Below, piece by piece: positions 1 through 10,345 of a stretch of 64,000 nucleotides of DNA; the first letter of the stretch is position 1, and every line of letters begins with the position of its first letter. A model generated the notes under the pieces. That model made no database searches. It was not told the DNA's origin and was given only the letters and a program-made list of their open reading frames with translations. This DNA comes from Parcubacteria group bacterium (GTDB lineage: Bacteria; Patescibacteriota; Minisyncoccia; Moranbacterales; UBA11712): positions 66,040 through 130,039 of the forward strand of contig JBAZXV010000003.1 of assembly GCA_041659685.1 (NCBI GenBank). Reading direction: 5' to 3'. Both the position numbers and the translations under genes were made by a program.

Positions 1-742
1 CACTTTGGATGTGTACAAATACACAAACGGATCTTGGGAAGAAAAGAACTGTGCCCTCGATACTTCCGCCAACACTCTCACTTGTTCTCTCGGCAGTTTT
101 TCCGTCTATGGGGTGCTCGGACAGCCTGTTTCAAACAACAATGATGACAACAGTATTAACAGCGACGAAGAAACCAGCGACTTCTCCCCTCCTCTTATCG
201 CCATCGGGAATCATCAAACAAAAAGTCTTTCCGCAAATGAATCAATGACTTTGAAGTCCAAAAGATTCACTTTCCGGGGAAATGTCCCTGACATGAAAAA
301 GGGAGATGTCGTCCAGATTATGAAAGACGGAGAACTTCTCAAAAACATAAAAATAAACAGTCGAAAAAAGTGGAATTACCGCGCAAAACAAGTGCGAAAC
401 ACAATCAACACTTATCAATTCCGCTATTTAGACAGAAACACTTCAGAAACCGTCCGAACGACTTCCGAATACCGGATTATGATTGACAAAACCAGACCAC
501 GATTCCGCAACTTCCAAAAGAAAGCAAGCGCGAGCGCCGGAGAATATGTCTCCTGGACCGCGACCGACAACGACCAAATCAAATTCTACCAGGTGAAATT
601 CCACGGGAAAAAATACAATCTGGATGAATCCCGTTTTCAAATACCTGCAAATGCTAAAAAAGGCGTCTCCCGTCTTACGGTGCGCGCTTTCGATCGCGCG
701 GAAAACAGCGCGGCCAAAAAAATGCGCGTGCGGGTGAAATAA
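1..742 (+). CDS. C-terminal part of a secreted/surface protein with Ig-like beta domains (5' end outside window)
   Basis: Frame is open from the window edge to TAA at 742. Contains a W-x4-C...TLTC...FSVYGV motif, a D/N-rich linker, and DKTRP and VRAFDRAEN motifs typical of Ig-like domains. Confidence 0.6.
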   Translation, partial: TLDVYKYTNGSWEEKNCALDTSANTLTCSLGSFSVYGVLGQPVSNNNDDNSINSDEETSDFSPPLIAIGNHQTKSLSANESMTLKSKRFTFRGNVPDMKKGDVVQIMKDGELLKNIKINSRKKWNYRAKQVRNTINTYQFRYLDRNTSETVRTTSEYRIMIDKTRPRFRNFQKKASASAGEYVSWTATDNDQIKFYQVKFHGKKYNLDESRFQIPANAKKGVSRLTVRAFDRAENSAAKKMRVRVK

Positions 743-810
743 GAACGCAGCGCAGAGAAACATATACCAATCTACATTACCCGGTACGTCACCCTCTCCA
801 TGAGTAAACA

Positions 811-836
811 AAAATCGCCAGGAGGCGTTTTTTTCA
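811..836 (+). terminator. Intrinsic terminator
   Basis: CGCC-AGGA-GGCG stem followed by a long T tract after the 742 stop. Confidence 0.55.
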
Positions 837-930
837 TTTTTTTCATTTCTCCCCAACACAGCTTTTTCCCACGGCCGTATCAAAATGCTGTGTTGGTTTT
901 TTTGATACGGATCAACCTTAGTAATATTTA

Positions 931-1101
931 CTATTTATTTCGATGATCTCGGACGACAAGACCGCCTTTGATTCTTGAAATAGTTAGATTTTGACGTTCC
1001 CGCCAGCCCAAGTCGCGGATGCGTTCTTTCGAAGGCACGACATACATGCTCCCCCGTCCCGTTTTGGTGAGTTTTCTCACGATTTTTTCTTTTTTTTCCA
1101 T
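931..1101 (-). CDS. AbrB/MazE/SpoVT-like small DNA-binding protein (possibly degenerate)
   Basis: VRKLTKTGRGSMYVV...IRDLGWRERQ fits the swapped-hairpin pattern seen in CPR; the usual 'lP' motif is altered. Confidence 0.55.
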   Translation of the reverse strand: MEKKEKIVRKLTKTGRGSMYVVPSKERIRDLGWRERQNLTISRIKGGLVVRDHRNK

Positions 1102-1187
1102 AGTTTTGATAGTCAATAGCGCTACCGGATGGTGTTAACTCTACAAACAGTTGCCAATTGGCATCCTTTATGCTATCATCAATGAAT

Positions 1188-2975
1188 ATGGAAATAAGAA
1201 ACATCGCCATCATCGCCCATGTCGATCACGGCAAAACCACAATTACCGACGCTATCATGCGGCAAACCGGAATGGCTAAAGACGAAAGCGCCACGATGGA
1301 TTCAAACGCTCTTGAAAAAGAGCGCGGTATTACAATCTATTCAAAAAACACTTCCGTTTTTTATAAGGAATCGAAAATCAACATCGTCGACACGCCCGGG
1401 CATGCCGATTTCGGATCGGAAGTGGAACGCGTGCTCCGCTCGATCGACAGCGTTCTTTTGGTTGTGGATGCGCAGGAGGGTCCGATGCCCCAAACCCGTT
1501 TCGTCCTTAAAAAATCTCTCGAACTTGGCCTCAGACCCATTGTCGTAATCAATAAAATCGACAAGCCGGCCGCCGATCCGGAGATTGCCCAGGAGAAAGT
1601 CTTTGAATTATTCCTTGATCTGGGGGCAAACGACGAACAATTGGATTTTGAAACTGTTTATGCGATCGGCCGGGACGGAATCGCCAAAATGCATCTTGAA
1701 GACGAATCAAAAGATTTAACCCCCCTGCTCGATACAATTCTCCAAAAAGTAGCGCCGGCCCCTCAGGATCTGGACGCGCCTTTTCGTTTTCAGCCTTTCA
1801 GTCTCGGATATGACAATTTTCTCGGAAGAATGGCGATCGGAAGAGTATATGAAGGAAAGATCAAAAACGGAGAAGTTTCCATCAAAAAACCCGGGGGCGA
1901 GATCCGAAAAGGAAAAATAATCAAGATGTTCACCTTTGAAGGACTTGAAAAAAAGGAAGTTGCCGAGGCCCTTGCAGGAGACATTGTTATGGTGGCCGGC
2001 ATGGCCGATATTGATATCGGAGAAACCATTTGCGAAAGACCAGAACAAGATCCGCTTCCCGCCATCCAAATTGACGAACCAACGATTTCTTTGAATTTTT
2101 TTGTTAACGATTCCCCTTTTGCGGGGCGCGAAGGAAAATTCGTAACCACAAAACAGATCCGGGAGCGGCTTGAAAAAGAACTCGAAGTGAATGTCGGACT
2201 CAAAATAGATTTTTCAAGTTCCGAATATTACAAAGTTTACGGCCGGGGAGAACTTCACATCGCTATTCTGCTTGAGAATATGCGCCGGGAAGGGTACGAG
2301 CTTCAAGTTTCCCAGCCGCAGGTCATCATCAAGGAAGAGGAAGGAAAAAAGATGGAACCCTTTGAAGAAGCGACGATCGACGTACCGGAAAAATCTTCAG
2401 GCGCCGTAATTGAAACTCTGGGAAGAAGGAAAGGCATTATGACTCAAATGGAACAGCGGAACGGACAGGTTCGGATGGTTTTCGAAGTGCCCACCCGCGG
2501 AATTCTGGGATACCGCGGCCAGTTCATGGTTGATACCCGCGGCGAAGGAATATTCTCGAGCCGTTTTTTGGAGTTTCGGCCGTTTGCAGGCGAAATTTCA
2601 AAACGGGACACCGGATCGATGATTTCAATGGTTTCAGGAAAAGCACTCGGATTTTCGCTTGCCAATCTTCAGGATCGCGGAGCTTTATATATCGAGCCGA
2701 CTACGGAAGTTTATGAGGGAATGGTCATCGGAAACACAGCCAAAGGAAACGATATGGCCGTGAACCCCATTAAAGGAAAACAACTTACCAACATGCGCTC
2801 TTCCGGCGCCGACGAGGCCATTCATCTCACTCCGCCGCTGAAACTCACAATCGAACGGGGACTTGAAACTATGGGCGGAGACGAATATCTAGAGATTACT
2901 CCGGAAAGCGTGCGCCTGCGCAAAAAATATCTGACAGAAAACGACAGAAAAAAATATTCAAGAAAAAAATCCTAG
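1188..2975 (+). CDS. typA: Translational GTPase TypA/BipA
   Basis: [39 protein letters not shown] and C-terminal [11 protein letters not shown]. Confidence 0.97.
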   Translation: MEIRNIAIIAHVDHGKTTITDAIMRQTGMAKDESATMDSNALEKERGITIYSKNTSVFYKESKINIVDTPGHADFGSEVERVLRSIDSVLLVVDAQEGPMPQTRFVLKKSLELGLRPIVVINKIDKPAADPEIAQEKVFELFLDLGANDEQLDFETVYAIGRDGIAKMHLEDESKDLTPLLDTILQKVAPAPQDLDAPFRFQPFSLGYDNFLGRMAIGRVYEGKIKNGEVSIKKPGGEIRKGKIIKMFTFEGLEKKEVAEALAGDIVMVAGMADIDIGETICERPEQDPLPAIQIDEPTISLNFFVNDSPFAGREGKFVTTKQIRERLEKELEVNVGLKIDFSSSEYYKVYGRGELHIAILLENMRREGYELQVSQPQVIIKEEEGKKMEPFEEATIDVPEKSSGAVIETLGRRKGIMTQMEQRNGQVRMVFEVPTRGILGYRGQFMVDTRGEGIFSSRFLEFRPFAGEISKRDTGSMISMVSGKALGFSLANLQDRGALYIEPTTEVYEGMVIGNTAKGNDMAVNPIKGKQLTNMRSSGADEAIHLTPPLKLTIERGLETMGGDEYLEITPESVRLRKKYLTENDRKKYSRKKS

Positions 2976-3086
2976 AATTTTCCGACGTGAGATTTTCACG
3001 CCCTTTCCTGCAGTCGGACTTAATGAAAATATGATTTTGAAAAGCCTCGTCAAAGAGGCTTTTTGTCATCTAAAAATGAACTGGCA

Positions 3087-4040
3087 TCATCCAGGCGATC
3101 TTTCTCCGCTCTGCCTCGGACTCAATATTTTTTCAAGCATCTCTTTTCTTAGCCAAAGACGGGAAGTCGATCCAAAACGGTCCGCAAATTTGATGCCAAG
3201 GGTGTTTTCCAGCATTGCTTCTATCTCTTTGCTCCCGGCATAGAGATAATTTTTTCCTTCGCTGATGCTCGGCAGGGTAAAAAACCAATCGGAAGTTTTA
3301 AAACTCGACATTGCCTTAATGATTTCTTTTTCGTGTCCCTTGATAAAATCTTTTCCGCGCCACAATTCCATCTGCCCGATTGCAATCCTTATCCCCGAAT
3401 TCGGAATTTCCTGAACAAAAGCATCTCCCTTTATCGCCGCTTCGATATTTTTATATATCGCCGATTCCCGCTCAGTGAAATATTTTTCTATCCAGTCATT
3501 CTCAAAACCGGCAAAGGACTTCAGATCGCGAAATGCCGTTCGGTCCCTTTCGGTTGTGATGCTTGCCCTAAAATTAAGAGTATTTGAGACGATAGCCGCC
3601 GCCATTAGCCCCGCGTTAAGGGAAGTAATCTTTTTAGCGAAACCTCTTTTTTTGTATTCTTCCCAGATAAGCGTCGCGCAAGCTCCGACTTTTTCGATTC
3701 TGGCCTTCTTCCCTATTCTATTTTTCCAAATTTTTTCAAATCCCGCCCGGTGATCATAAAGTTCAACCACTTTCCCAATATCCACAAAATGCGGAAAACG
3801 GACCGGGTTCGATGTATCAACAATGGCAAAATCAACGTTTTCGTTCGGTTCCGAAAACTTCTCCGTATATCGAAATTCCTCATTTTTCAGCGATTCTGTC
3901 ACGCTGTGATCCGGTTTTCCTTCAAGCACGACTTCAACTTCCTTATTTTCCATCTTCAGCAGGTCCCCTAAAGCCAAGGCCGAAGAAAGCCCGTCGATGT
4001 CAAAGTTTTCTTTATTGGTCGTTGCTATTATTTTATTCAC
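3087..4040 (-). CDS. DHH-family Mn-dependent inorganic pyrophosphatase/exopolyphosphatase-like protein
   Basis: DIDG, IVDT, YDHR, VGACATL, AIVSNTLNF and C-terminal LRKE motifs of the PpaC/PPX1 family. Confidence 0.8.
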   Translation of the reverse strand: MNKIIATTNKENFDIDGLSSALALGDLLKMENKEVEVVLEGKPDHSVTESLKNEEFRYTEKFSEPNENVDFAIVDTSNPVRFPHFVDIGKVVELYDHRAGFEKIWKNRIGKKARIEKVGACATLIWEEYKKRGFAKKITSLNAGLMAAAIVSNTLNFRASITTERDRTAFRDLKSFAGFENDWIEKYFTERESAIYKNIEAAIKGDAFVQEIPNSGIRIAIGQMELWRGKDFIKGHEKEIIKAMSSFKTSDWFFTLPSISEGKNYLYAGSKEIEAMLENTLGIKFADRFGSTSRLWLRKEMLEKILSPRQSGERSPG

Positions 4041-4266
4041 GGCTTCAGTCTATCGAAAAATTAGGAATTTGCAAATAATTGCGCTGTCTCGGAAAAAATT
4101 ATTTTTCGAATCCCAAGGCAGTCCCTCCCAAAAGACGGGCTATTGAGTCCGCCTTTTGGCATCCCCTCTTTTATGATAAACTTACGATTCCGGTTCGCCT
4201 GCGAAGTGAAGATAAGCTACCGGCGCCGGAAAAGCGTATTAATAATTGCGTCTTGATCGCAAATTT

Positions 4267-5463
4267 ATGTTTATCGTCGACGTTAAAGGAAAAAGAAAAA
4301 AAGTTCTGCTTTTTCTGCTCTTGATCGCAACTGTCGCGCTGGCTTCAGGAATTTTTTTCCTGGCCAGAAAAAACCGGACAAAATCAAACTATGCGGAACC
4401 GCCGCTTTCTCCGGGGCCGGAATCCCGTCCCTCCCCAAACGAAGAAATTTCCATCCCGCCCTTGCCGGGAACTGAAAAAATGAAACTTCCTCCGCCTCCA
4501 ATTTCCATGGACCGGCTGAAAACTCAGGGTTGTGTTGCCGACGGCCTGCTTACGGAATACAATCCGGAAAATGATAAATTCATTGAACTCATAAACCGTT
4601 CCAACTGCTACTATCTCCATCGGGCGATCGAGACCTGGCGCAACCCTCCCGATTTTGAAACTGTCGAAAGGGTTATGGACCGAATCGACAAACCTGACGT
4701 TGCCTACGGAATGTTCATTGCTGAGGCCATCAGCACAAACGAAGATTACGAAAACAAAAATGACGGCCATTATTTCCATTTCCGCAAAATGTGCCACCAG
4801 GATTCAATCAACCATTGGGGAGAACACACTTGCGTACCCACTTTTTCAAGCTCCGAATACCGCGACTACATAAAATATATCACGAGAAGGGCAATCGATA
4901 TGGGAGTCCAAAGCTTTACTTTCGGGCAAATTTACATGCAGGAAAGCGGAAAAAGAAATTACGCCCCGCGCATCGTGAAAGATATTCGATCATACGCCGA
5001 AAAGAAAGGCGTTGACGTCGTGATCGGCGCCCAAACCGGATCCATTGCCGATAAAAAATATTTGAAGCTCTTTGATTATATCGAAGGCGGTGTCGGAATC
5101 GACGCAAACGGAAGCATCGAGGATGGTCCGTGTCTTTCAAAAAGAGGCTCCTGCTGGGCGCTTCTTTGGCACAAAAATTTCGCAGGTAACGCAAAAAACG
5201 TTCTTCTCCATCTCGATTGGACCGGCATTAAATCCGACGACCTTGATATTTTCTCCAGGATGAGTCCGGCGAAAAGAGCCGAAACACTCGATAAACTTTA
5301 CAAAAAATTCACTTCGAAAAACATGGGATTTCTGATGCCTTTTTTCGGAGTGCTTGATAAAGACAACGGCGGCTGCCACGGTCCCAAAAAAAGATTTTAT
5401 TCACCGGACAATTCTTACGATTGCCGGGACGAAGGCGTGATAAACAAAATAATGGAAAGATAG
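4267..5463 (+). CDS. Membrane-anchored Cys-rich hypothetical protein (possible TIM-barrel/glycoside-hydrolase-like fold)
   Basis: N-terminal TM segment, Pro-rich linker, ~310-aa globular domain with 8 Cys. The fold is inference only. Confidence 0.6.
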   Translation: MFIVDVKGKRKKVLLFLLLIATVALASGIFFLARKNRTKSNYAEPPLSPGPESRPSPNEEISIPPLPGTEKMKLPPPPISMDRLKTQGCVADGLLTEYNPENDKFIELINRSNCYYLHRAIETWRNPPDFETVERVMDRIDKPDVAYGMFIAEAISTNEDYENKNDGHYFHFRKMCHQDSINHWGEHTCVPTFSSSEYRDYIKYITRRAIDMGVQSFTFGQIYMQESGKRNYAPRIVKDIRSYAEKKGVDVVIGAQTGSIADKKYLKLFDYIEGGVGIDANGSIEDGPCLSKRGSCWALLWHKNFAGNAKNVLLHLDWTGIKSDDLDIFSRMSPAKRAETLDKLYKKFTSKNMGFLMPFFGVLDKDNGGCHGPKKRFYSPDNSYDCRDEGVINKIMER

Positions 5464-5528
5464 CAATATCTGAAATATATATGGCCTTTTTCAAGTAATA
5501 TAACGTAATAAACATTAACTTCAAAAAC

Positions 5529-5714
5529 ATGAAGACTCTTTCCTGCAAGGACATGGGCATGAACGACGATTTTGTCGCCAGAGGCGCCAATGAAGAAGAG
5601 GTAATGGGCAAGATGATGGCACACGCCAAGGAAATGCATCGGGACGTGATGGAGGGAAAATCAGAGGATGATATGAAGGAGATGATGAAAATGAAGATGA
5701 AGGATGAAATGTAG
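5529..5714 (+). CDS. DUF1059 small metal-binding protein
   Basis: MKTLSCKDMG..DFVARG..EEEV....AHAKEMH pattern. Confidence 0.85.
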   Translation: MKTLSCKDMGMNDDFVARGANEEEVMGKMMAHAKEMHRDVMEGKSEDDMKEMMKMKMKDEM

Positions 5715-5725
5715 GACATCCAGAC

Positions 5726-5760
5726 AAAAGCCCCCGTTCGTCAAAGGGGTTTTTGTTTTT
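5726..5760 (+). terminator. Intrinsic terminator
   Basis: AAAAGCCCC...GGGGTTTTT stem plus T tract. Confidence 0.6.
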
Positions 5761-5868
5761 GCGAATGATTTGACTTTTCGGGTTTCCGGAATCACCTTGG
5801 ATTTTTCCAATTCTTAAATTATTGCTTTCGGGATACAATAAAAATAAATATTATTATTCAATTTATTT

Positions 5869-6537
5869 ATGCGTTTATTTTTTCACGGCTTTTTAAGAAA
5901 TATAAAGAGTATTTTTTGGCGGCGCAATTTGGCATGGCATTTTTCGGCCATAGCCGTCACATATCTTTTGGCAATTTCCGGATTTGACTGGCGCTATTTC
6001 CTCTTAACGCGAAATCCCGCCCTGCTGTCTTTTTTTTGGCCGGCAGTGGAAATCGGCGCTTTCCTTCCGCTCTTTGGAATTCTGATTTTCTATGCCGTCA
6101 GCGCAGCCGGAAAAAATTCAAGGGCCGCCAATACTGCTCTGGCCCTTGGGCAAGCGGCGCTCCTGGGCCTCCTGGTTTCCGATTTTTATAAAATTTTCAC
6201 CGGGAGGCCGGGACCCCCGGGATTCCTGACTCAAGACTTTGCGACCGATATCAGCCACGTCTTTCGATTCGGATTTTTGCGGGGGGGAATTTTTTTTGGC
6301 TGGCCTTCTTCACATACCGCCGTTGCGTTCGCCATGGCATTTACTCTCCTTGCGCTTTTTCCAAAAAACAAATTAATCCGATATGCGGCGCTTATTTACG
6401 CTTTTTATATCGGCATCGGCGTTTCATTGACTATTCATTGGTTTTCTGATTTCGCGGCCGGCGCCATTATCGGAACAGTCGTCGGAACAGTCGTCGGAAA
6501 AAGTTTTCGAAAAAAAATGAAGGACAGTGAAAAATAA
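5869..6537 (+). CDS. PAP2-family membrane phosphatase
   Basis: KIFTGRPGP, PSSHT and HWFSD catalytic motifs; multiple TM segments. Confidence 0.9.
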   Translation: MRLFFHGFLRNIKSIFWRRNLAWHFSAIAVTYLLAISGFDWRYFLLTRNPALLSFFWPAVEIGAFLPLFGILIFYAVSAAGKNSRAANTALALGQAALLGLLVSDFYKIFTGRPGPPGFLTQDFATDISHVFRFGFLRGGIFFGWPSSHTAVAFAMAFTLLALFPKNKLIRYAALIYAFYIGIGVSLTIHWFSDFAAGAIIGTVVGTVVGKSFRKKMKDSEK

Positions 6538-6585
6538 TTCCAAGTGTTATTGTATCCATATGTAATGGCGGGATTAATCAATCTT

Positions 6586-7008
6586 ATGATCGAAAAAATC
6601 CGCAAAACCGAAGAAGAATGGAAAAAAATACTTTCGCCTGAGCAATTCCGGGTTATGCGTCAGCACGGAACGGAGGCGCCTTTTTCCTGTTCCTGGACCA
6701 AATTCGAAAACGGCGTTTATCATTGCGCCGCCTGCGACTTGCCGCTTTTTCTTCATGAGCATAAATTAGAGTCCGGCACAGGCTGGCCAAGCTATTTTGA
6801 ACCGATTGCTCCCGACAATCTGGAATACGTTAATGATGATTCCCATGGGATGATCCGAACAGAGGCCCGCTGCGCCCGCTGTGAATCGCATCTCGGACAC
6901 GTCTTCGATGACGGTCCGCCGCCAACGGGAAAAAGATATTGCATCAATTCGGTGGCGCTAAATTTTAAGCCTGATCCCGATGAAGAACCGGGAGGGAACG
7001 GGGAATAA
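6586..7008 (+). CDS. msrB: Peptide-methionine (R)-S-oxide reductase
   Basis: GTEAPF, CAAC, SGTGWPSY, CARC, HLGHVF, RYCINS. Confidence 0.96.
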   Translation: MIEKIRKTEEEWKKILSPEQFRVMRQHGTEAPFSCSWTKFENGVYHCAACDLPLFLHEHKLESGTGWPSYFEPIAPDNLEYVNDDSHGMIRTEARCARCESHLGHVFDDGPPPTGKRYCINSVALNFKPDPDEEPGGNGE

Positions 7009-7558
7009 ATCACAATTTCAAGAGGCCGCGCTCGGAGGCGGATGCTTTTGGTGCATCGAGGCTTTTTTCCTGCGTCTTAAGGGCATCCATAAAGTTATCT
7101 CCGGTTACGCGGGAGGAAATCCGTCCTTCGACGGGAAAAAACCAACCTACGAAGAAGTCTGCTCGGGGAAAACGGGACATGCGGAAGTGGTGAAAGTAGA
7201 ATACGACCCCGGCGTTGTTTCCTATCAAGACCTTTTGAATGTTTTTTTCGCGATGCACGACCCGACAACATTAAACCGCCAGGGATCTGATACCGGGACG
7301 CAATACCGCTCAATCATACTTTATGGAAATGAAAACCAGAAAAAAGAAGCGGAAAAATTCATCGGGAATCTGGAAAAAGAAAAAATTTTCGAGAATCCGA
7401 TTGTGACGGAAATAAAACCGCTCAAAGAATTTCATCCCGCCGAAGAATACCACCAAAAATATTTTGAAAACAATGCCTTGAGACCTTACTGCCAAATTAA
7501 TATTTCCCCAAAAATCGCGAAGCTTCGGGGAAAATTCCAAGATCTTCTGAAAGATTGA
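6980..7558 (+). CDS. msrA: Peptide-methionine (S)-S-oxide reductase
   Basis: GGGCFWC, GYAGG, TGHAE, HDPT, QYRS, AEEYHQKY. Confidence 0.96.
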   Translation: MKNREGTGNKSQFQEAALGGGCFWCIEAFFLRLKGIHKVISGYAGGNPSFDGKKPTYEEVCSGKTGHAEVVKVEYDPGVVSYQDLLNVFFAMHDPTTLNRQGSDTGTQYRSIILYGNENQKKEAEKFIGNLEKEKIFENPIVTEIKPLKEFHPAEEYHQKYFENNALRPYCQINISPKIAKLRGKFQDLLKD

Positions 7559-7686
7559 TCCTTATCCGAAAACGCTTTATGCGTCCCTTAAAATCTTCCG
7601 CTTAATTTTTTGCCTGAAATATTTCATTTTTCTGCTTGTACTCATATATTAATAAAGAGGCCAAATCACCGAAAAAAGGAGAGAGA

Positions 7687-8034
7687 ATGGAAAAAAGCAT
7701 TCCCGTTTCAAAATTTTTGGAGATAGCGAAAACCATTGAACAGAATTCAAGGAATCAGGCTCGGGTTACCGAGCAGGAAGAAGAAAAAGAAAAAAGACAT
7801 TTTCTTGTGATCCAGGGAAAAAGGCTGGGGCAAAGCCTTGAAGAATACGCGCGTTCCAATCCGGACAGCGGCTTAATCAGGTTTCTCGCAGAAATTGTTA
7901 TGCCCCTTAAAGCAAAAGGATTGAGAAGCTGTTTTTCGGAAGCTTGTAAGATCCTTGAGCCCCTGGGAATGAATTACTTTTCCGGCGAATATCTCAGAGA
8001 CTGGCAAACTTTTTTCGAACTTCCCAAGAAATAG
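7687..8034 (+). CDS. Hypothetical protein
   Basis: AAGGAG SD before the ATG; no recognisable motif. Confidence 0.55.
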   Translation: MEKSIPVSKFLEIAKTIEQNSRNQARVTEQEEEKEKRHFLVIQGKRLGQSLEEYARSNPDSGLIRFLAEIVMPLKAKGLRSCFSEACKILEPLGMNYFSGEYLRDWQTFFELPKK

Positions 8035-8164
8035 AACCGGCTCCGGACGGCAATCCTGTCCGGAGCTGAAACACGCCTTTTTTTCACTCATCTCTTAAGT
8101 CATTTCAAAAAAAGAGGCGTCATTGAATTGCCTTTTCGGGTTGGATTTGTTATTTTCACAGTAT

Positions 8165-8338
8165 ATGAGGAAAACATTCATCATGACGGGAATGGTCATC
8201 GGTTCGATTGCGGGAGGATATGTTCCCGTAATTTGGGGCGGAAGCATTTTCTCCATGTCTTCCGTTATTTTTACCGCCATTGGCGGATTTGCGGGAATCT
8301 GGATCGGAGTCAAGCTGGGATCGGGATTTGATTTTTAG
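8165..8338 (+). CDS. Small Gly-rich two-TM membrane protein
   Basis: GMVIGSIAGGYVP.IWG...S.I...IGGFAGIWIG pattern. Confidence 0.7.
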   Translation: MRKTFIMTGMVIGSIAGGYVPVIWGGSIFSMSSVIFTAIGGFAGIWIGVKLGSGFDF

Positions 8339-8770
8339 GAGGCATTAATCACCAAGCATATGACAGCTTGTGAATTTGAAGACGGCGGAGAATTTGGAGA
8401 TCTGTAAAAAATGCCCCAGAGAAAGATTCGACCTGCCGATGCTGGGATAAACCGAAGCCAAAAAATATAAGCCGATAAAATAATTTGTTTACACATGGCC
8501 GCCCTTATATGTTCGCCAAAATTAAAAAAGAGGATTATTACGAAAATATGTATGACATCGAGGATCTCACACCTCAACAGAAAGAGTGGGAACAGAAAAT
8601 ACGAGAAGATACCTCCGCCAAAAGAGCTTTGATGAATCTCAAAAATTTCATCTTTCCTTGACAAAAGCGACTGCCGTTGTTATTTTTATTTATCAGTTTT
8701 GCCACAAATTCAATTCCGTTTTGGTCTTGAATACATAACATATATCCAATTGCTGAATCAGGGGGGATTG

Positions 8771-9082
8771 ATGAGTAAATCTGCTAAAGATAAGGGCATA
8801 TGCGAACATTGTGCCCAACTGATTAATGTCGAGGAATACGGAGTACGTACCCCGTGTCCTAACTGCGGAAAAATAAATATTTTTCAGCCGGATATTGTCC
8901 TGCCAATTCGAACACCATTCGGCAGTATCCAAGTAGGCATGCCCCCGGCTTTTATTGAAGCCATCGGAGAATCTGTCGCAAGAAACCTGATTCTCATGGG
9001 AGCCAGCCCCGACAGTATCGCTCTCATAGGGAGAGGCTTGATTGGAGCAGTCCGGGACGCATTTTTTTCTAGGGAAAAATAG
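8771..9082 (+). CDS. Zinc-ribbon hypothetical protein
   Basis: CEHC...CPNC; G-rich SD upstream. Confidence 0.6.
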   Translation: MSKSAKDKGICEHCAQLINVEEYGVRTPCPNCGKINIFQPDIVLPIRTPFGSIQVGMPPAFIEAIGESVARNLILMGASPDSIALIGRGLIGAVRDAFFSREK

Positions 9083-9218
9083 CTCTTTAGGCAATTAAAA
9101 ATCTCGAAACAACTCTCCCGAGGTTCGCCGCGGGAGTTTTAAATTCCAAATTTTCAAGCTGTCTTTCTAAATAAGGCCCTATGATCTTAAGATCCGGTTA
9201 TATTATATAATTTAACTA

Positions 9219-9323
9219 ATGAAGAAAATTATCGTGATGGACTCGTACGAGAAAGAAAAATCCACCCTCGCCGAAAAATTGCATGAGCAGCTTAATTCGG
9301 ATTTAATTATTTTCGCAAAATGA
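9219..9323 (+). pseudogene. Remnant of a P-loop kinase (adenylate-kinase/topology-modulation-like)
   Basis: Translates MKKIIVMDSYEKEKSTLAEKLHEQL, a decayed kkIiviGspgsGKSTLA pattern, and stops after 34 codons. Confidence 0.5.
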
Positions 9324-9394
9324 AAAGGTGGGTCGAAACGGAACCCACCTGTCTAAATAAGCAATGCAAGCGAAGGGCCATGTCAATATTTTGA

Positions 9395-9631
9395 CTAAGC
9401 TTCATAGTTCATGATCTCGCTTAATTGCCGACTGACATTCTCGGGATCGAGTTGCAGCCTCATTGCAACCCCCAAGACCGATTGATCCGATTCGATCTCG
9501 ATTTTGATTCCCAAATGCCGAAGGAATCTGCGAAATTTGGCGATATTGCCTTCCGTTTCGCCCGCTATAGTTATGGCGAGCACTCCCGACGAATCAACGG
9601 CATTCCTAGATCGAATATCGATGTTTCTCAT
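9395..9631 (-). CDS. Hypothetical small protein
   Basis: 78-aa ORF; hairpin AGGTGGGT/ACCCACCT downstream at about 9326-9350. Confidence 0.45.
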   Translation of the reverse strand: MRNIDIRSRNAVDSSGVLAITIAGETEGNIAKFRRFLRHLGIKIEIESDQSVLGVAMRLQLDPENVSRQLSEIMNYEA

Positions 9632-9879
9632 GATAGGAGCTCTCCCTCGGCGTCAGAATGTTAACGTCTTATTGCAAGAATAGCGATAAAACATGAAAAA
9701 TGTCAACTTTTGCTGAAGAGAGCATGTCGCCTTCGGAGGATTGTTTCTCTTAGTAATTATCCGACTGGCAGAGCCGCCGCCCTCATAAGTAATCCGCCAG
9801 GTCTTTTCACAAACAAAAAGCTCTAAAAAGAGCTTTTTGTTATCCCCCCATTGCCGGTGATCCAGAAAGGTATTGCCAG

Positions 9880-10230
9880 CTACGCCGACATCGGGCGCTG
9901 AATCGTGCTTGAGCTTGCGCTCCAGGCTGCAAGTACGGCAACGATTACACCCAATATTATATTGTTCCAGAGGGCGGCCACACCGATATAGCCCAAGAAA
10001 AAGGGTGAAAGAAGTATCCATATGCCGAAAATCATGTTGATCCAACTCACCCACGGCGCCTCTTCAGGCGCGCTGACGCGAATTAAGGCCAGAATCGCAA
10101 TAATTATACCAAAAACAATATCGCTGGTTCTCAGGGCACCGGTAAAGCCAAGCAGAAAAGGGGCTATAATCAGCCAAATTCCAGCTACAATATTTATTCC
10201 GCTGGCAGTTTTTACTGTCGTGTTATCCAT
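9880..10230 (-). CDS. SPW-repeat membrane protein
   Basis: Two GIWLxxxPFxLG repeats; SD AAAGGGGGTGA upstream. Confidence 0.88.
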   Translation of the reverse strand: MDNTTVKTASGINIVAGIWLIIAPFLLGFTGALRTSDIVFGIIIAILALIRVSAPEEAPWVSWINMIFGIWILLSPFFLGYIGVAALWNNIILGVIVAVLAAWSASSSTIQRPMSA

Positions 10231-10345
10231 TGTTCTCACCCCCTTTCTAATTTTCAAATTCAACTAAAAATTAAAACTGTTCCCATAAAGAATATTACGC
10301 GAATTCGAAAATTTTATTCCGAAAACAAATCGAATAAATGCTTTT

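Noticed and set aside
6470-6498. 12-bp tandem repeat in the PAP2 gene (GTVVGTVVG)
   Set aside because: A short in-frame duplication within a TM helix with no sign of wider significance.
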